Notes: generated by a model not told the origin, from the sequence alone. Counted from the first letter of the stretch, positions 28,939 through 38,489 are shown. The stretch: DNA of 64,000 bases from Deltaproteobacteria bacterium (GCA_003599195.1 QZIZ01000075.1:7705-71704), one strand, 5' to 3'. Numbers and translations: made by a program.

Positions 28939-29874
28939 ATGTTGGTAATTTTTCTGATATTCTTTGCGGGGTGCTGGTTCTGGCCCGGACTTTTAGGCGC
29001 AGGGCCGGCCGCGCCTCTGGTTTCGCCTCCGCCGCCGGCGGAGATCATACTCCCCTATTTCCGGGCGCCGGATAAAGCTATCCTTTGCGGCGAACCCGTG
29101 CCCCTGGAGGACCCCGCGGTTAAAGAGGACCTGGACCGGGAATTCACCATCACTGTTTGGAACCGCATCCAGACCACCATGTGGATCAAACGGGCCCACC
29201 GCTACTTCCCCGAGATCGAGCGGAAAATCCGGGACCATCGGCTGCCGGCGGATTTGAAATACGTGGTTCTGGTGGAAAGCGACCTCCGGCCCAAGGCCCG
29301 CTCCTCCGCAGGCGCCCAAGGACCCTGGCAGTTCATGGCCCCCACGGCCCAGCGCTTCCAACTGCGGATCAACGACGCGGTGGACGACCGGATGGAATTT
29401 ACCGCCAGTACGGACGCGGCCCTGCGCTATCTCAAAAATCTGTACCGCCTCTTCCACAACTGGCCCCTGGCCCTGGCCGGGTATAACTGCGGGGAGGGCC
29501 GGGTCCAGAAGGAGATGGCCGCCCAGGGGGTGAAAAACTATTATTACCTGGCACTGCCGGAGGAGACCGAGCGATATGTCTACCGCATTATTGCCGCCAA
29601 GATCGTGTGTGAGTCCCCGGAGCGCTACGGTTTCTTAATCCCGCCGGACCAGCTCTATCCGCCTCAGGACTGCGACGAAGTGAATTTCACCATCACCCGG
29701 GAGGTCCCGGTCAAAACCTTGGCCGAAGCCTGCGGCAGCTATTATAAAGCCATCAAGCGCCTCAACCCCTGGATCAAAGGCGCCAACCTGACTCCCGGGA
29801 CTTATCATTTGAAGATCCCCAAGGGCGCGGCGCCCAGGTTTAAGGAGGCCTACAGCCGGGGACAAATCGGTTGA
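28939..29874 (+). CDS. Lytic transglycosylase (SLT-domain) protein
   Basis: VLVESDLRPKARSSAGAQGPWQFMAPTA matches the SLT ES...S-AGA-G-MQ motif. N-terminal signal-like segment. Confidence 0.8.
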   Translation: MLVIFLIFFAGCWFWPGLLGAGPAAPLVSPPPPAEIILPYFRAPDKAILCGEPVPLEDPAVKEDLDREFTITVWNRIQTTMWIKRAHRYFPEIERKIRDHRLPADLKYVVLVESDLRPKARSSAGAQGPWQFMAPTAQRFQLRINDAVDDRMEFTASTDAALRYLKNLYRLFHNWPLALAGYNCGEGRVQKEMAAQGVKNYYYLALPEETERYVYRIIAAKIVCESPERYGFLIPPDQLYPPQDCDEVNFTITREVPVKTLAEACGSYYKAIKRLNPWIKGANLTPGTYHLKIPKGAAPRFKEAYSRGQIG

Positions 29875-29879
29875 AGATA

Positions 29880-29921
29880 GCTGTCAGCTTGCAGCGGTCA
29901 GCTTTCAGCTTTGAACTTCGA
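29880..29921. repeat. Heptamer tandem array (GCNNTCA type, 6 units)
   Basis: GCTGTCA GCTTGCA GCGGTCA GCTTTCA GCTTTGA ACTTCGA, starting 6 nt after the stop codon. Confidence 0.9.
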
Positions 29922-29949
29922 ACTGGAGGCCTCTACAAACGCCACCCTT

Positions 29950-30100
29950 TTGTCATTCTGAACGGAGCGAAGCGGAGTGAAGAATCTGGTCTTTGAAGCG
30001 ATCAGAACTTCTAATCTGCCGTCATTATCTGGGCAGCCGGTAAAAGCCTTATCGCCAAAAACGAGATTCTTCGGTTCGCTTCGCTCCCTCAGAATGACAA
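29950..30100. mobile_element. MITE-like element with about 37-bp imperfect terminal inverted repeats
   Basis: TTGTCATTCTGAACGGAGCGAAGCGGAGTGAAGAATCT ... AGATTCTTCGGTTCGCTTCGCTCCCTCAGAATGACAA. Confidence 0.75.
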
Positions 30101-30138
30101 ATGAGAAGATTTTGACAAAGTCTCAATACGAACTTTGA

Positions 30139-30187
30139 TCAATGATCACTGACCACTGGCCACAGAACTGGGAACTGGGAACTTAAT
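30139..30187. repeat. Heptamer tandem array (7 units, drifting unit) ending at the mtaD RBS
   Basis: TCAATGA TCACTGA CCACTGG CCACAGA ACTGGGA ACTGGGA ACTTAAT. Confidence 0.9.
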
Positions 30188-30198
30188 TCGGAGGTTCA

Positions 30199-31524
30199 TT
30201 GAAAGCTAGCGGCAAAGAAACTGTCTCACTTTTAATCACCGGGGCCTGGGTCCTGACCCAGAACCCGGATCGCGAAATATTCTCTCCCGGCGCAGTGGCC
30301 GTAAAGGAAGCAGAGATCGCGGCCGTGGGCCCTCCCCAGGAATTGCTGCGCCGCTACGCCCCGGATCAAATCCTGGATTATCCCCAGGGCCTGATTATCC
30401 CCGGCCTGATCAACGCCCACACCCACGCGGCCATGTCTTTGTTTAGGGGCCTGGCCGACGACCTGCCCCTGGAGGAATGGCTTAACAATCATATCTTCCC
30501 CGCGGAACGCCACCTGAACGGGGATTTCGTCTATTGGGGGACGAAACTGGCGGTGGCGGAGATGCTGCTCTCGGGCACCACCACTTTCTGCGACATGTAT
30601 CTCTGGGCCGGGCAGGTGGCGCAGGCAGCCGCGGAAACCGGCATCCGCGCGGTGGTGGGGGAGGTCTTATACGATTTTCCTTCCCCTAATTACGGACCCC
30701 CGGGCGCGGGCTTAAAGTATAGTGAAGCACTCTGCCGCACCTGGCGCGGCCACCCCCTGGTGGGAGTGGCCATTCAGCCCCACGCGGTCTATACCTGCTC
30801 TCCGGAGCTGTTGCAGCAATGCGGGGAACTGGCGGCGCGCTGCGATACCCGGCTCATCATCCATCTTTCGGAAACCCCCCGGGAAGTGGCGGACTGCGAG
30901 GCCCGCTACGGGGCCACGCCGGTGGGGCATCTGCACCGGCTGGGGCTGTTGAATTCCCGCCTGGTAGCCGACCACGGGGTGGTGTTGACAAATGCCGATA
31001 TGGATCTGCTGGCCGCGTCTGGCGCGGGGGTGGCCCATTGTCCGGAGAGCAACATGAAACTGGCCTCCGGCATCGCGCCGGTGGTGGACCTGCTGGCCAA
31101 AGGCGTGCCCGTGGGTTTGGGCACCGACGGCTGCGCCTCCAACAACAACCTGGATATGCTTCAGGAAATGGATACCGCGGCCAAACTGCAAAAAGTCCAC
31201 CGCCTGGACCCCACCGCCCTGCCCGCGACCCAGGCCCTGGACCTGGCCACCCGCAACGGCGCGCGTATTCTGGGACTGGATAAAGAGGTGGGAGCGCTGG
31301 CGCCTGGGATGAAGGCGGACCTGGTGGTCATCGACCTGGACCAGCCCCATCTGACGCCGATTTACGATCCCTATTCCCACCTGGTGTACGCCGCCACCGG
31401 CGCGGACGTCCAGACCGTGCTGGTCCACGGCCGGGTGGTAGTCCGGGACCGCCGCCTGCTCACCTTCGACCTGGAGGAGACCCTGGCCCGGGCCCGGGAA
31501 TTGGCCCGCAGTTTGCAGAAATAA
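30199..31524 (+). CDS. mtaD: Amidohydrolase, 5-methylthioadenosine/S-adenosylhomocysteine deaminase-like
   Basis: PGLINAHTHAAMSLFRGLADDLPLEEWL and later HLSET, GTDG motifs typical of the MtaD/guanine-deaminase branch. TTG start. Confidence 0.8.
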   Translation: MKASGKETVSLLITGAWVLTQNPDREIFSPGAVAVKEAEIAAVGPPQELLRRYAPDQILDYPQGLIIPGLINAHTHAAMSLFRGLADDLPLEEWLNNHIFPAERHLNGDFVYWGTKLAVAEMLLSGTTTFCDMYLWAGQVAQAAAETGIRAVVGEVLYDFPSPNYGPPGAGLKYSEALCRTWRGHPLVGVAIQPHAVYTCSPELLQQCGELAARCDTRLIIHLSETPREVADCEARYGATPVGHLHRLGLLNSRLVADHGVVLTNADMDLLAASGAGVAHCPESNMKLASGIAPVVDLLAKGVPVGLGTDGCASNNNLDMLQEMDTAAKLQKVHRLDPTALPATQALDLATRNGARILGLDKEVGALAPGMKADLVVIDLDQPHLTPIYDPYSHLVYAATGADVQTVLVHGRVVVRDRRLLTFDLEETLARARELARSLQK

Positions 31525-31626
31525 GGGATAAGTCAGTATTATTTCCCCTTCCCATCGGGGGCTAATCATTACCCAGAAATGGGGGGAAATGGATAATTAG
31601 GGAATAGAGTCTTTGCGGACCTCGCG

Positions 31627-31821
31627 CCCCCCTCACCCTGCCCTCTCCCCCCTCCGGGGGGAGAGGGAATTGCCGGGCTTATCCATAAGATACAACCTTA
31701 TGGTTAACGGCTGGCCCCCAAGAGGAGAGGGCAATGCTCGGCATACCTATGAATAATAACTTATGGATATTCCAGTATTAATCCCCTCTCCCCTCGCGGG
31801 AGAGGGAAAGGGTGAGGGGGG
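31627..31821. repeat. Inverted pair (plus partial third copy) of CCCTCTCCC-type elements
   Basis: 31627-31689 CCCCCCTCACCCTGCCCTCTCCCCCCTCCGGGGGGAGAGGGAATTGCCGGGCTTATCCATAAG. 31760-31821 CTTATGGATATTCCAGTATTAATCCCCTCTCCCCTCGCGGGAGAGGGAAAGGGTGAGGGGGG, which is the reverse orientation of 28676-28738. Confidence 0.85.
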
Positions 31822-31868
31822 CGTCTAACGCCCTTCCGCCCCCTACACCAGTCCGGGGAGGCGAGCCA

Positions 31869-32117
31869 ATGGACGTCAAAATGATCACCCGGAAACGGGA
31901 ACCGCGGCAGGTCACCATGAAACTGATCGACGGTTCGCTGCTCCGGGGGCAGGTAAATCTTTTTTACGAAGAGATCGTGCTGAACCGGGTCAGCGACCTC
32001 TTCACCCGGAATAAGGATCCCTTCATCGTGGTCTTCGGAGTCAAGCTGGAAGAGACTCCCAGCCAGGTGGTCATCGTTAACAAAGAGAATATCATCTGGA
32101 TCGCGCCGGAGGACTAG
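31869..32117 (+). CDS. Hypothetical small protein (82 aa)
   Basis: ATG at 31869 after GGAGG. The track start at 31812 lies inside the repeat element. Confidence 0.45.
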   Translation: MDVKMITRKREPRQVTMKLIDGSLLRGQVNLFYEEIVLNRVSDLFTRNKDPFIVVFGVKLEETPSQVVIVNKENIIWIAPED

Positions 32118-32149
32118 CCCGCGCCGGTGTCAAAACCGGCCCCTGGCCC

Positions 32150-32524
32150 TCAGCTCCGGGCGATGAGGAAGACCCCCAGGCAGGTCACCATAATGCCGGC
32201 CATGCGGGTGAAGGAGACCGCCTCGCCAAACATGATCTTTGCCAGGATGGCGGTGAAGATGTAGCCCAGGCTGATCAGGGGATAGGCGTAACTCACTTCC
32301 GCCTTGGCGAGCACGATGAGCCACACCAGGAATCCCAGGCCGTAGCAAACCAGGCCCAGGAGCACGTTCGGGTTGGTGGCCGCTTTGATAAAGACCGGGG
32401 GCAGAGTGCTGGCGGAGATGGCAAAGTTGCCCATTTGCGACATGCCGTATTTCAAGGAGAGCTGGCCCGCCACATTGAGAACCACGTCCAGAAAAATCAG
32501 GGCCAGCACCACTGTTTTAACCAT
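32150..32524 (-). CDS. Small 4-TM EamA/SMR-like (ArnE/ArnF-like) membrane protein
   Basis: Four hydrophobic helices; VAGQLSLKYGM...AYPLISLGYIFTAILAKIMFGE pattern. Confidence 0.65.
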   Translation of the reverse strand: MVKTVVLALIFLDVVLNVAGQLSLKYGMSQMGNFAISASTLPPVFIKAATNPNVLLGLVCYGLGFLVWLIVLAKAEVSYAYPLISLGYIFTAILAKIMFGEAVSFTRMAGIMVTCLGVFLIARS

Positions 32525-32586
32525 TGCGTTGCTTCCTTCTTGCCTAAATTTAGTTAACAATTCAATATCGGCAATATTAAACCCGG

Positions 32587-33375
32587 ATGCAAGAAAATAA
32601 TCCCGCTGCCCTCTCTTCTGAGCCCACGGCCATTCACCGGCTGGACCCCCGGACCAAATTGGCCCTGCTCCTGGCCGTCTTCTTGGCCGCGCTTTTGCCC
32701 CAGCGCCCGGATATCGTGATTTTAGCCACCATCGCAGTCCTGATCCAGGTGGCCCTGGCCCGGGCCTGGGGCGAGGTTTACCGCCTCCGCTGGCTGCTCT
32801 TCATCCTGGCCCTGTTCAGCGTCACGGTCTGGTCCGTCCTGGCCCAGGGCCCGACCCCGCTTTTCTGGCGGGTGAGCCGGGAATCCCTGGCTTTTGGGGT
32901 GGCTACATTCCTGAAGTTGGGGACCATGATGGCGGCCGGCCTTCTACTTCTGGCCACCACCCCGGTGGAAGAGCTTTTCCGGGGTCTGGTGAAACTCAAG
33001 CTGCCCTTTGCCGCCGCGTTCGCCTTTGCCCTGGCCCTGCGTTGGGTGCCGGATATCTTTGCCACCGCCCAGCGGGTGAAGGAGGCCCAGGAGGCCCGGG
33101 GCCTGGCCTGGGAGGAAGGCGGTCCCGTAACCCGCCTGAAACGGCATCTGCCCTTGCTGGTTCCCATTTTTCTGCTCACTCTGCGGCGCAGCCAGACCAT
33201 GGCCTGGGCCCTGGAAGCCAGGGGCTTCCAGATACATCCCCAGCGCACCTATCTCCTGGAACTCCGCATGACTCCGAGGGATTGGCTGGCCCTGAGCCTG
33301 GCCGCAGCCTTCCTGGCCGGCTTCGTGGCCCTGCACCTGGCGGGGTGGGACCAGATTCCGGGGTTGAGGCTGTAA
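32587..33375 (+). CDS. ecfT: ECF-transporter T component (CbiQ/EcfT family)
   Basis: LDPRTKLALLLAVFLAAL N-terminus, multi-TM body, conserved ARG...R-loop region (AQRVKEAQEARG). No adjacent A or S components. Confidence 0.75.
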   Translation: MQENNPAALSSEPTAIHRLDPRTKLALLLAVFLAALLPQRPDIVILATIAVLIQVALARAWGEVYRLRWLLFILALFSVTVWSVLAQGPTPLFWRVSRESLAFGVATFLKLGTMMAAGLLLLATTPVEELFRGLVKLKLPFAAAFAFALALRWVPDIFATAQRVKEAQEARGLAWEEGGPVTRLKRHLPLLVPIFLLTLRRSQTMAWALEARGFQIHPQRTYLLELRMTPRDWLALSLAAAFLAGFVALHLAGWDQIPGLRL

Positions 33376-33384
33376 AAAGAAAAC

Positions 33385-33503
33385 CTCACGCAAAGACGCC
33401 AAGGCGCAAAGACGCAAGATAAAATTTTAAGGGGTAGGGCTGAAGCCGCACCCCTTAAAAATTTCTTGCGTCTTATCTTTGCGTCTTTGCGTCTTTGCGT
33501 GAG
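33385..33503. repeat. RCARAG-arm palindromic element (GCAAAG variant) with central hairpin TTTTAAGGGGT...ACCCCTTAAAA
   Basis: CTCACGCAAAGACGCCAAGGCGCAAAGACGCAAG ... CTTGCGTCTTATCTTTGCGTCTTTGCGTCTTTGCGTGAG. Core hairpin at 33425-33460. Confidence 0.9.
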
Positions 33504-33509
33504 ATATTT

Positions 33510-34820
33510 TTAAGCCCTGGTTTTCAGAACCCGGCCGGTCTTTTTTCGGTAAACCCACTCCATGGCCAGGCATGCCGGCAGCAGCCCCACCATGGTAATC
33601 AAAGCCGGTTTGGCGTTTAGATAGATGTAAATGGAGAGAATGACAAACATGGCGAAGCAGGTAATCATCGCGGCCCAGACCAGCCATTTCCGGGCGCCGG
33701 TCTGGTCAATGATCCGCAGGTGTGCGGCGTTGACGCAGGCGTAGATGAACAGGAAAGCCCCGCTGCCCATCATCGCCACTCCGGAAAGGTCGAAGAACAG
33801 GACAAACAGGATCACCAGTCCCGCGGTGATAAATAGCCCTTCTTCGCTCCGGGACCAGACTTTCCTTTCAAATAATTCCGGCAGTTCCCCGTCCCGGGCC
33901 AGCATATAGCTGATGTTGGCGCCGCCGTAGAGGGTGGCGTTGATGGCCGAGGCGGTGGAAAAAAGGGCGCCCACGGCCACGAGTTTGAAACCCCAGAGGC
34001 CCAGGAAAGGTTTGGCGGCTTCAGCCAGGGCGTAGTCCCGGGAGGAGGCGATGGCGGCAATGTCCAGGTTGCCGATGACCACCAGTGAGACGGCCAGATA
34101 GATCAGGATCACCAGGATGACGCTTAAATACAAGGCCCGGGGCAGGAGCTTCCGGGGATCGGCCATGTCCTCCGCGGCGTTGGTCACTAACCCGAAGCCC
34201 TCATAGCCGATGAAGATGATGCCGGCCCCGAATAACCACTCTTGCCCGGCCGGCCAGTGGCTCGGAGAAAAATTGGGAAGTTGCAGGAAAAAAACTCCCG
34301 CGCCGGCAAACAACAATAGGATGCCCAGTTTTACCCCGACGATGAGAGTTTCCCACTGCCCCATGGCCCGGGCCCCTAAGAAATTGACTCCGGTAAAGAG
34401 GAGAACGATGCCCACCCCCAGGGCCTTGGGCAGGTAGACGGGAGCCGGGGAAGGGAAGAAAGTCATGGCGTAACCCACGAACCCCTGGGCATACAGGGCC
34501 AGGGCGATGATGTAGCCGAACCACATATACAGGTTGAGTCCGCCGCTGATGACCCCGTCGCCAAAACCCTGGACCAGAAATTCCACCGCCCCGCCTGCGG
34601 ACGGAAAGCGCGTCCCTAAGTGGGCGTAGGAATAAGCAGTGAGGAGGGCCACCGCGCCGCCGATGAGGAAAGAGATCCACATGGCGTTGCCCGCGGTCAG
34701 GGCCACCACCCCCAAGATGGAAAAGATGCCCGCTCCCACCATGCCGCCGATGCCGATGGCGATGGCTGCCAACAGGCCGATCTGCCCCTTGGGAGGCTTG
34801 GAGGATGATTGAGGGTTCAT
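33510..34820 (-). CDS. APC-superfamily amino acid permease
   Basis: 12-TM-like profile. N-terminal GLLAAIAIGIGGMVGAGIFSILG is the APC signature. Confidence 0.85.
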   Translation of the reverse strand: MNPQSSSKPPKGQIGLLAAIAIGIGGMVGAGIFSILGVVALTAGNAMWISFLIGGAVALLTAYSYAHLGTRFPSAGGAVEFLVQGFGDGVISGGLNLYMWFGYIIALALYAQGFVGYAMTFFPSPAPVYLPKALGVGIVLLFTGVNFLGARAMGQWETLIVGVKLGILLLFAGAGVFFLQLPNFSPSHWPAGQEWLFGAGIIFIGYEGFGLVTNAAEDMADPRKLLPRALYLSVILVILIYLAVSLVVIGNLDIAAIASSRDYALAEAAKPFLGLWGFKLVAVGALFSTASAINATLYGGANISYMLARDGELPELFERKVWSRSEEGLFITAGLVILFVLFFDLSGVAMMGSGAFLFIYACVNAAHLRIIDQTGARKWLVWAAMITCFAMFVILSIYIYLNAKPALITMVGLLPACLAMEWVYRKKTGRVLKTRA

Positions 34821-34834
34821 AATTCTTGATCTTC

Positions 34835-35017
34835 TTTCTCTGCGCCCTCTGCGTCTCTGTGGTTATTATTTTTTACCGCAGAGACGCAGAGAACGCAGAG
34901 GAAATTTATGGGCAATAAAATATGACGCTCTAGATAAAAGTTAAGGGGTACGGCTGAAGCTGCACCCCTTAAAATTTCTCGCGCCTTTCTTTGCGTCTCT
35001 GCGCCTTTGCGAGAAAC
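34835..35017. repeat. Composite of one full RCARAG palindrome, a second copy of the TTAAGGGGT...ACCCCTTAA hairpin and a single arm
   Basis: 34835-34903 TCTCTGCGCCCTCTGCGTCTCTGTGG...CCGCAGAGACGCAGAGAACGCAGAGG. Hairpin at 34941-34974. Arm at 34976-35017. Confidence 0.85.
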
Positions 35018-35024
35018 ACCTTTT

Positions 35025-36872
35025 CTAAAAAATCGCCCGCGCCAATTCCCACACCTTGGGCGACCGCCATACCTGGGACTTGAACAGTTCCCGGAGGTAG
35101 ATAAACTCCTTCGGAAGCCGGTCGAAAAAATTATCGAACAACTCCTCGTGGGATCTGGCCTCCTTTACTGCTTCCTGCCGGTCCACGGACATGAGTTCAT
35201 AGAATTTATCCGGATCGTATACCAAACCTTCCCAGTGGATATCCTGATGCCGGGGCATGAACCCCATGGGGCTTTCCACGCCGTACCCCCGGCCCCGCAC
35301 CCGGTCCACCACCCATTTGAGCACCCGCATGTTTTCGCCGAACCCGGGCCACATGAACTTGCCGTTCTCATCCTTCCTGAACCAATTCACCCGGAAAATG
35401 CGCGGGGGATTGGCCAGATGCCGCCCCACGTTCAGCCAGTGGTTCCAGTAATCGGCCATATTGTAGCCGCAAAAAGGCAGCATGGCCATGGGGTCCCGCC
35501 GCACGGACAACCCTGCCTCCGCCGCGGCCGTGGCTTCGGAAGCCATGGTCGCGGCCAGGTACACGCCGTGGGACCAGTTGAAGCCCTGAAAGACCAGGGG
35601 CACGTGTTTGCTCATCCGGGCTCCGAAGATAAAGGCCCTGATGGGAACGCCCTCGGGATTGTCCCATTCCGGATCGAACGTCGGACATTGTTGGATGGGC
35701 GCGGTGAACCGCGAATTTGGGTGAGCCGCCAGGCGGCCGCAGTCCGGCGTCCAATCCTGGCCTTGCCAATCGAGCAGATGCGCCGGGGGGTCGTCGGTCA
35801 TCCCCTCCCACCAGACATCACCGTCATCCGTGAGCGCCACATTGGTAAAAATGCAGTTTTTGGTCAAGGTCATCATGGCATTGAGGTTGGATTTCGTGGA
35901 AGTGCCCGGCGCCACCCCGAAAAAACCGGCCTCGGGATTAATGGCCCTGAGGTTACCTTCCTCATCCGGTTTTATCCAGGCAATGTCGTCGCCCACCGTG
36001 AACACCTTCCAGCCTTCAAACCCCTTGGGAGGCACCAACATGGCAAAATTGGTCTTGCCGCAGGCGCTGGGGAAGGCCCCGGCCACATAGGTGCGCTCGC
36101 CCTCGGGATTTTCCACTCCCAAAATCAGCATGTGCTCGGCCAGCCAGCCCTCATCCTCGGCCATAACCGAGGCAATCCGCAGAGCGAAGCATTTTTTGCT
36201 CAACAGGGCATTGCCTCCGTAGCCGCTGCCGAAGGAATAAACGGCCCGTTCCTCCGGAAAGTGGGTGATATAGAGATTTTCTGGATTACAGGGCCAGGGG
36301 ACGTCTTTTTCCCCCGGGGCCAGGGGTGCGCCCACCGAATGCAGGCACTTGACGAAGTGGCCGTCGTCGCCCATAACATCCAGCACCGCCTGGCCCATAC
36401 GGGTCATGATCCGCATATTCACCGCCACATATGCGGAATCCGAGATCTCCACGCCGATATGGGCAATGTGGGAACCCAAAGGCCCCATGCTGAAAGGAAT
36501 GACGTACATGGTGCGCCCGCGCATGCAGCCGTCAAACAGGTGCGTCAATTTTGCTTCCATGTCTGCCGGGTTAATCCAGTTGTTCGTAGGGCCGGCATCG
36601 GCTTTATTGAGAGAGCAGATAAAGGTGCGGCTTTCCGTACGCGCCACGTCCCTGGGGTCGGAGCGGCTTAAGAAACTGTTGGGGCGTTTTTCTTGATTCA
36701 ACCGGATAAAAGTCCCGCTTGCCACCAAATCGTCGCAAAGGCTCCGGTATTCTCCATCGGAACCGTCGCAAATATAGATCCGTTCCGGTTTAGTGAGGCC
36801 GGCTACCATATTAATCCAACTGAGGAGGGAACTGTTGTTGGTCTTCGCGCCGGTTATTTCCAGACCTTGCAT
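35025..36872 (-). CDS. pckG: Phosphoenolpyruvate carboxykinase (GTP)
   Basis: [15 protein letters not shown] kinase-1a motif and full-length GTP-PEPCK similarity by eye. The ATG at 36872 follows AGGAGG; the track start at 36920 is likely too early. Confidence 0.95.
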   Translation of the reverse strand: MQGLEITGAKTNNSSLLSWINMVAGLTKPERIYICDGSDGEYRSLCDDLVASGTFIRLNQEKRPNSFLSRSDPRDVARTESRTFICSLNKADAGPTNNWINPADMEAKLTHLFDGCMRGRTMYVIPFSMGPLGSHIAHIGVEISDSAYVAVNMRIMTRMGQAVLDVMGDDGHFVKCLHSVGAPLAPGEKDVPWPCNPENLYITHFPEERAVYSFGSGYGGNALLSKKCFALRIASVMAEDEGWLAEHMLILGVENPEGERTYVAGAFPSACGKTNFAMLVPPKGFEGWKVFTVGDDIAWIKPDEEGNLRAINPEAGFFGVAPGTSTKSNLNAMMTLTKNCIFTNVALTDDGDVWWEGMTDDPPAHLLDWQGQDWTPDCGRLAAHPNSRFTAPIQQCPTFDPEWDNPEGVPIRAFIFGARMSKHVPLVFQGFNWSHGVYLAATMASEATAAAEAGLSVRRDPMAMLPFCGYNMADYWNHWLNVGRHLANPPRIFRVNWFRKDENGKFMWPGFGENMRVLKWVVDRVRGRGYGVESPMGFMPRHQDIHWEGLVYDPDKFYELMSVDRQEAVKEARSHEELFDNFFDRLPKEFIYLRELFKSQVWRSPKVWELARAIF

Positions 36873-36988
36873 GGACAACCTCCTAAAACCGCGGTCGATA
36901 TGGGGCAGGATTAGATACATTTTTAAAATAAATTTGCGTGTTCTTTTATAGCCTCTCTCAGATTCTTTCTATATCTCTGGTTATATCT

Positions 36989-37132
36989 CTGGTTCCCAAG
37001 CTCCGCTTGAGAACCCACTTGGATGCGAAGCTCTGCTTCGCTTCCCCGGCGGTAATTATTCGGCTACCGCCTAAAAACCAAGCAGAGCTTGGCTGACAAG
37101 TGCGTTCCCAAGCAGAGCTTGGGAACGAGGAG
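36989..37132. mobile_element. MITE-like element, copy 2 (same termini as 24819-24975, different core)
   Basis: CTGGTTCCCAAGCTCCGCTTGAGAACCCACTTGGATGCGAAGCTCTGCTTCGC ... CCAAGCAGAGCTTGGCTGACAAGTGCGTTCCCAAGCAGAGCTTGGGAACGAG. Confidence 0.8.
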
Positions 37133-37148
37133 AGATGGGCCGGGAGGT

Positions 37149-38384
37149 TTAACCTGCTTTTTGCTCTTCTGACACCTTGATGAACTTCTTCCTGAATTTA
37201 TGCTCCACTTCCATATCCGGCGCGCCCAACCCCGCGGCCAGCAAGTATTTATTGACAAAAATCCGGTTTTTTAAATACACGTAAGCCGGAATGGCCTCCC
37301 CCTGCCTCGGCGCCCCGTCCGGAATCTTGCATATTATACTTTTCCCCAGGATTTTGTCAGTTAAATAAGCTATGGCCTTATCTTTTTCTGTGATGCGGAC
37401 GCCGAGAAATTTTATGCTTTGGCCGGTGTCGATCTTCAGGGTGTCCGGGGCAACTATGGCCACTACCTTGTGGAGGACCGGGCCGGACTCCGCCTCCCCC
37501 AGGGGCCGGGCGTCGGGCAGGTGGGGTTGGTAGGATGGTAGGGGCAGGCGGGGCGTTTTTTTTCGGGAAGTAATGGTGATTTCAGGATAAATCGGCAGCC
37601 GGTCCTTCAGCCCCAGCTTTTCTTGGATAAGGCTGAGGAAATCTTCGTGAATCTCATAGCCCACCCCGTTCCGCCCCAACTCCAGGGCCGTCTTCACGGT
37701 GGTGCCGCTCCCCAGGAAGGGGTCCAACACCGTATCCCCCACAAAAGTGAACATGCGGATGAGGCGCCGGGGCAGCTCCTCCGGGAACATGGCTTCATGC
37801 CCCACCTGCTTGGCTCCCCCGAATCGCCAATGGCCGGAGTAATACTCCTTCCACTCCTCTTTGGTCAATTTTGAGGCTTCTTTGATTTCTTTAGCTACCG
37901 CCCTCCCCTTCCCCGGTTTCTTAAAAATCAAAATGAATTCGTAATCGATCTCCACCAGGCCGTTGGGGGGATAAGGATAGGAGCCCATGACCACCGCGCC
38001 GCCGCTGGGGTTCATGGTGGTCTTCTTCTGCCAGATGACGGCCCCCAGGAAGTCGAAGCCGATCTGCTCACATTGGGAGATGAACTCCGCGTGCAGGGGA
38101 ATTACTTTGTAGCGGCCGTAAATGCTGGAGCGGGCGAACTGGTCGCCGATGTTGATGCACAACCGGCTGCCTTCCCGCAATACCCGGAAGCATTCGGTCC
38201 AGGTGCGGTATAGGTCAATCAAATATTCATGCAGGCTCTGCCCGTAGCCGATCTGCCCGGTGACGCCATAATCTTTAATATGCCAGTAGGGAGGCGAAGT
38301 GACTACTAAATCGACGCTTTGGTCATCCAGCTCCACCATGGAGCGGCTGTCTGCAAAAATTATTTTGGCCCAGTTATCCATCAT
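37149..38384 (-). CDS. Beta-class N4/N6 DNA methyltransferase (SPPY type) with C-terminal degenerate SNase/OB-like domain
   Basis: Motif IV VVTSPPYW precedes motif I VLDPFLGSGTT (beta permutation). The C-terminal 120 aa (HKVVAIVAPDTLKIDTGQSIKFLGVRITEKDK...AYVYLKNRIFVNKYLLAAGLG) follows thermonuclease topology but lacks its catalytic Arg/Glu/Asp pattern. Confidence 0.8.
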   Translation of the reverse strand: MMDNWAKIIFADSRSMVELDDQSVDLVVTSPPYWHIKDYGVTGQIGYGQSLHEYLIDLYRTWTECFRVLREGSRLCINIGDQFARSSIYGRYKVIPLHAEFISQCEQIGFDFLGAVIWQKKTTMNPSGGAVVMGSYPYPPNGLVEIDYEFILIFKKPGKGRAVAKEIKEASKLTKEEWKEYYSGHWRFGGAKQVGHEAMFPEELPRRLIRMFTFVGDTVLDPFLGSGTTVKTALELGRNGVGYEIHEDFLSLIQEKLGLKDRLPIYPEITITSRKKTPRLPLPSYQPHLPDARPLGEAESGPVLHKVVAIVAPDTLKIDTGQSIKFLGVRITEKDKAIAYLTDKILGKSIICKIPDGAPRQGEAIPAYVYLKNRIFVNKYLLAAGLGAPDMEVEHKFRKKFIKVSEEQKAG

Positions 38385-38428
38385 AAGAACTTTTATAATA
38401 ACGAGTTGTAGTCATAAATGCATGTAAT

Positions 38429-38489
38429 GTAGGGGCGAACCTTGTGTTCGCCCTGTAACGTCCGGGGCGAACACAAGGTTCGCCCCTAC
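38429..38489. repeat. Perfect 25-bp inverted repeat with nested hairpins
   Basis: GTAGGGGCGAACCTTGTGTTCGCCC-tgtaacgtcc-GGGGCGAACACAAGGTTCGCCCCTAC. Each arm is itself a hairpin (GGGCGAAC...GTTCGCCC). Confidence 0.9.

Noticed and set aside
30712-31569. 285-aa minus-strand ORF
   Set aside because: It is antisense to mtaD. Its Gly/Gln/Arg-rich composition marks it as a shadow frame.
35007-36671. 554-aa ORF on the plus strand
   Set aside because: It lies entirely antisense to the clearly recognisable GTP-PEPCK gene. Its His/Pro/Gly/Arg-rich composition is typical of a GC-rich shadow frame.
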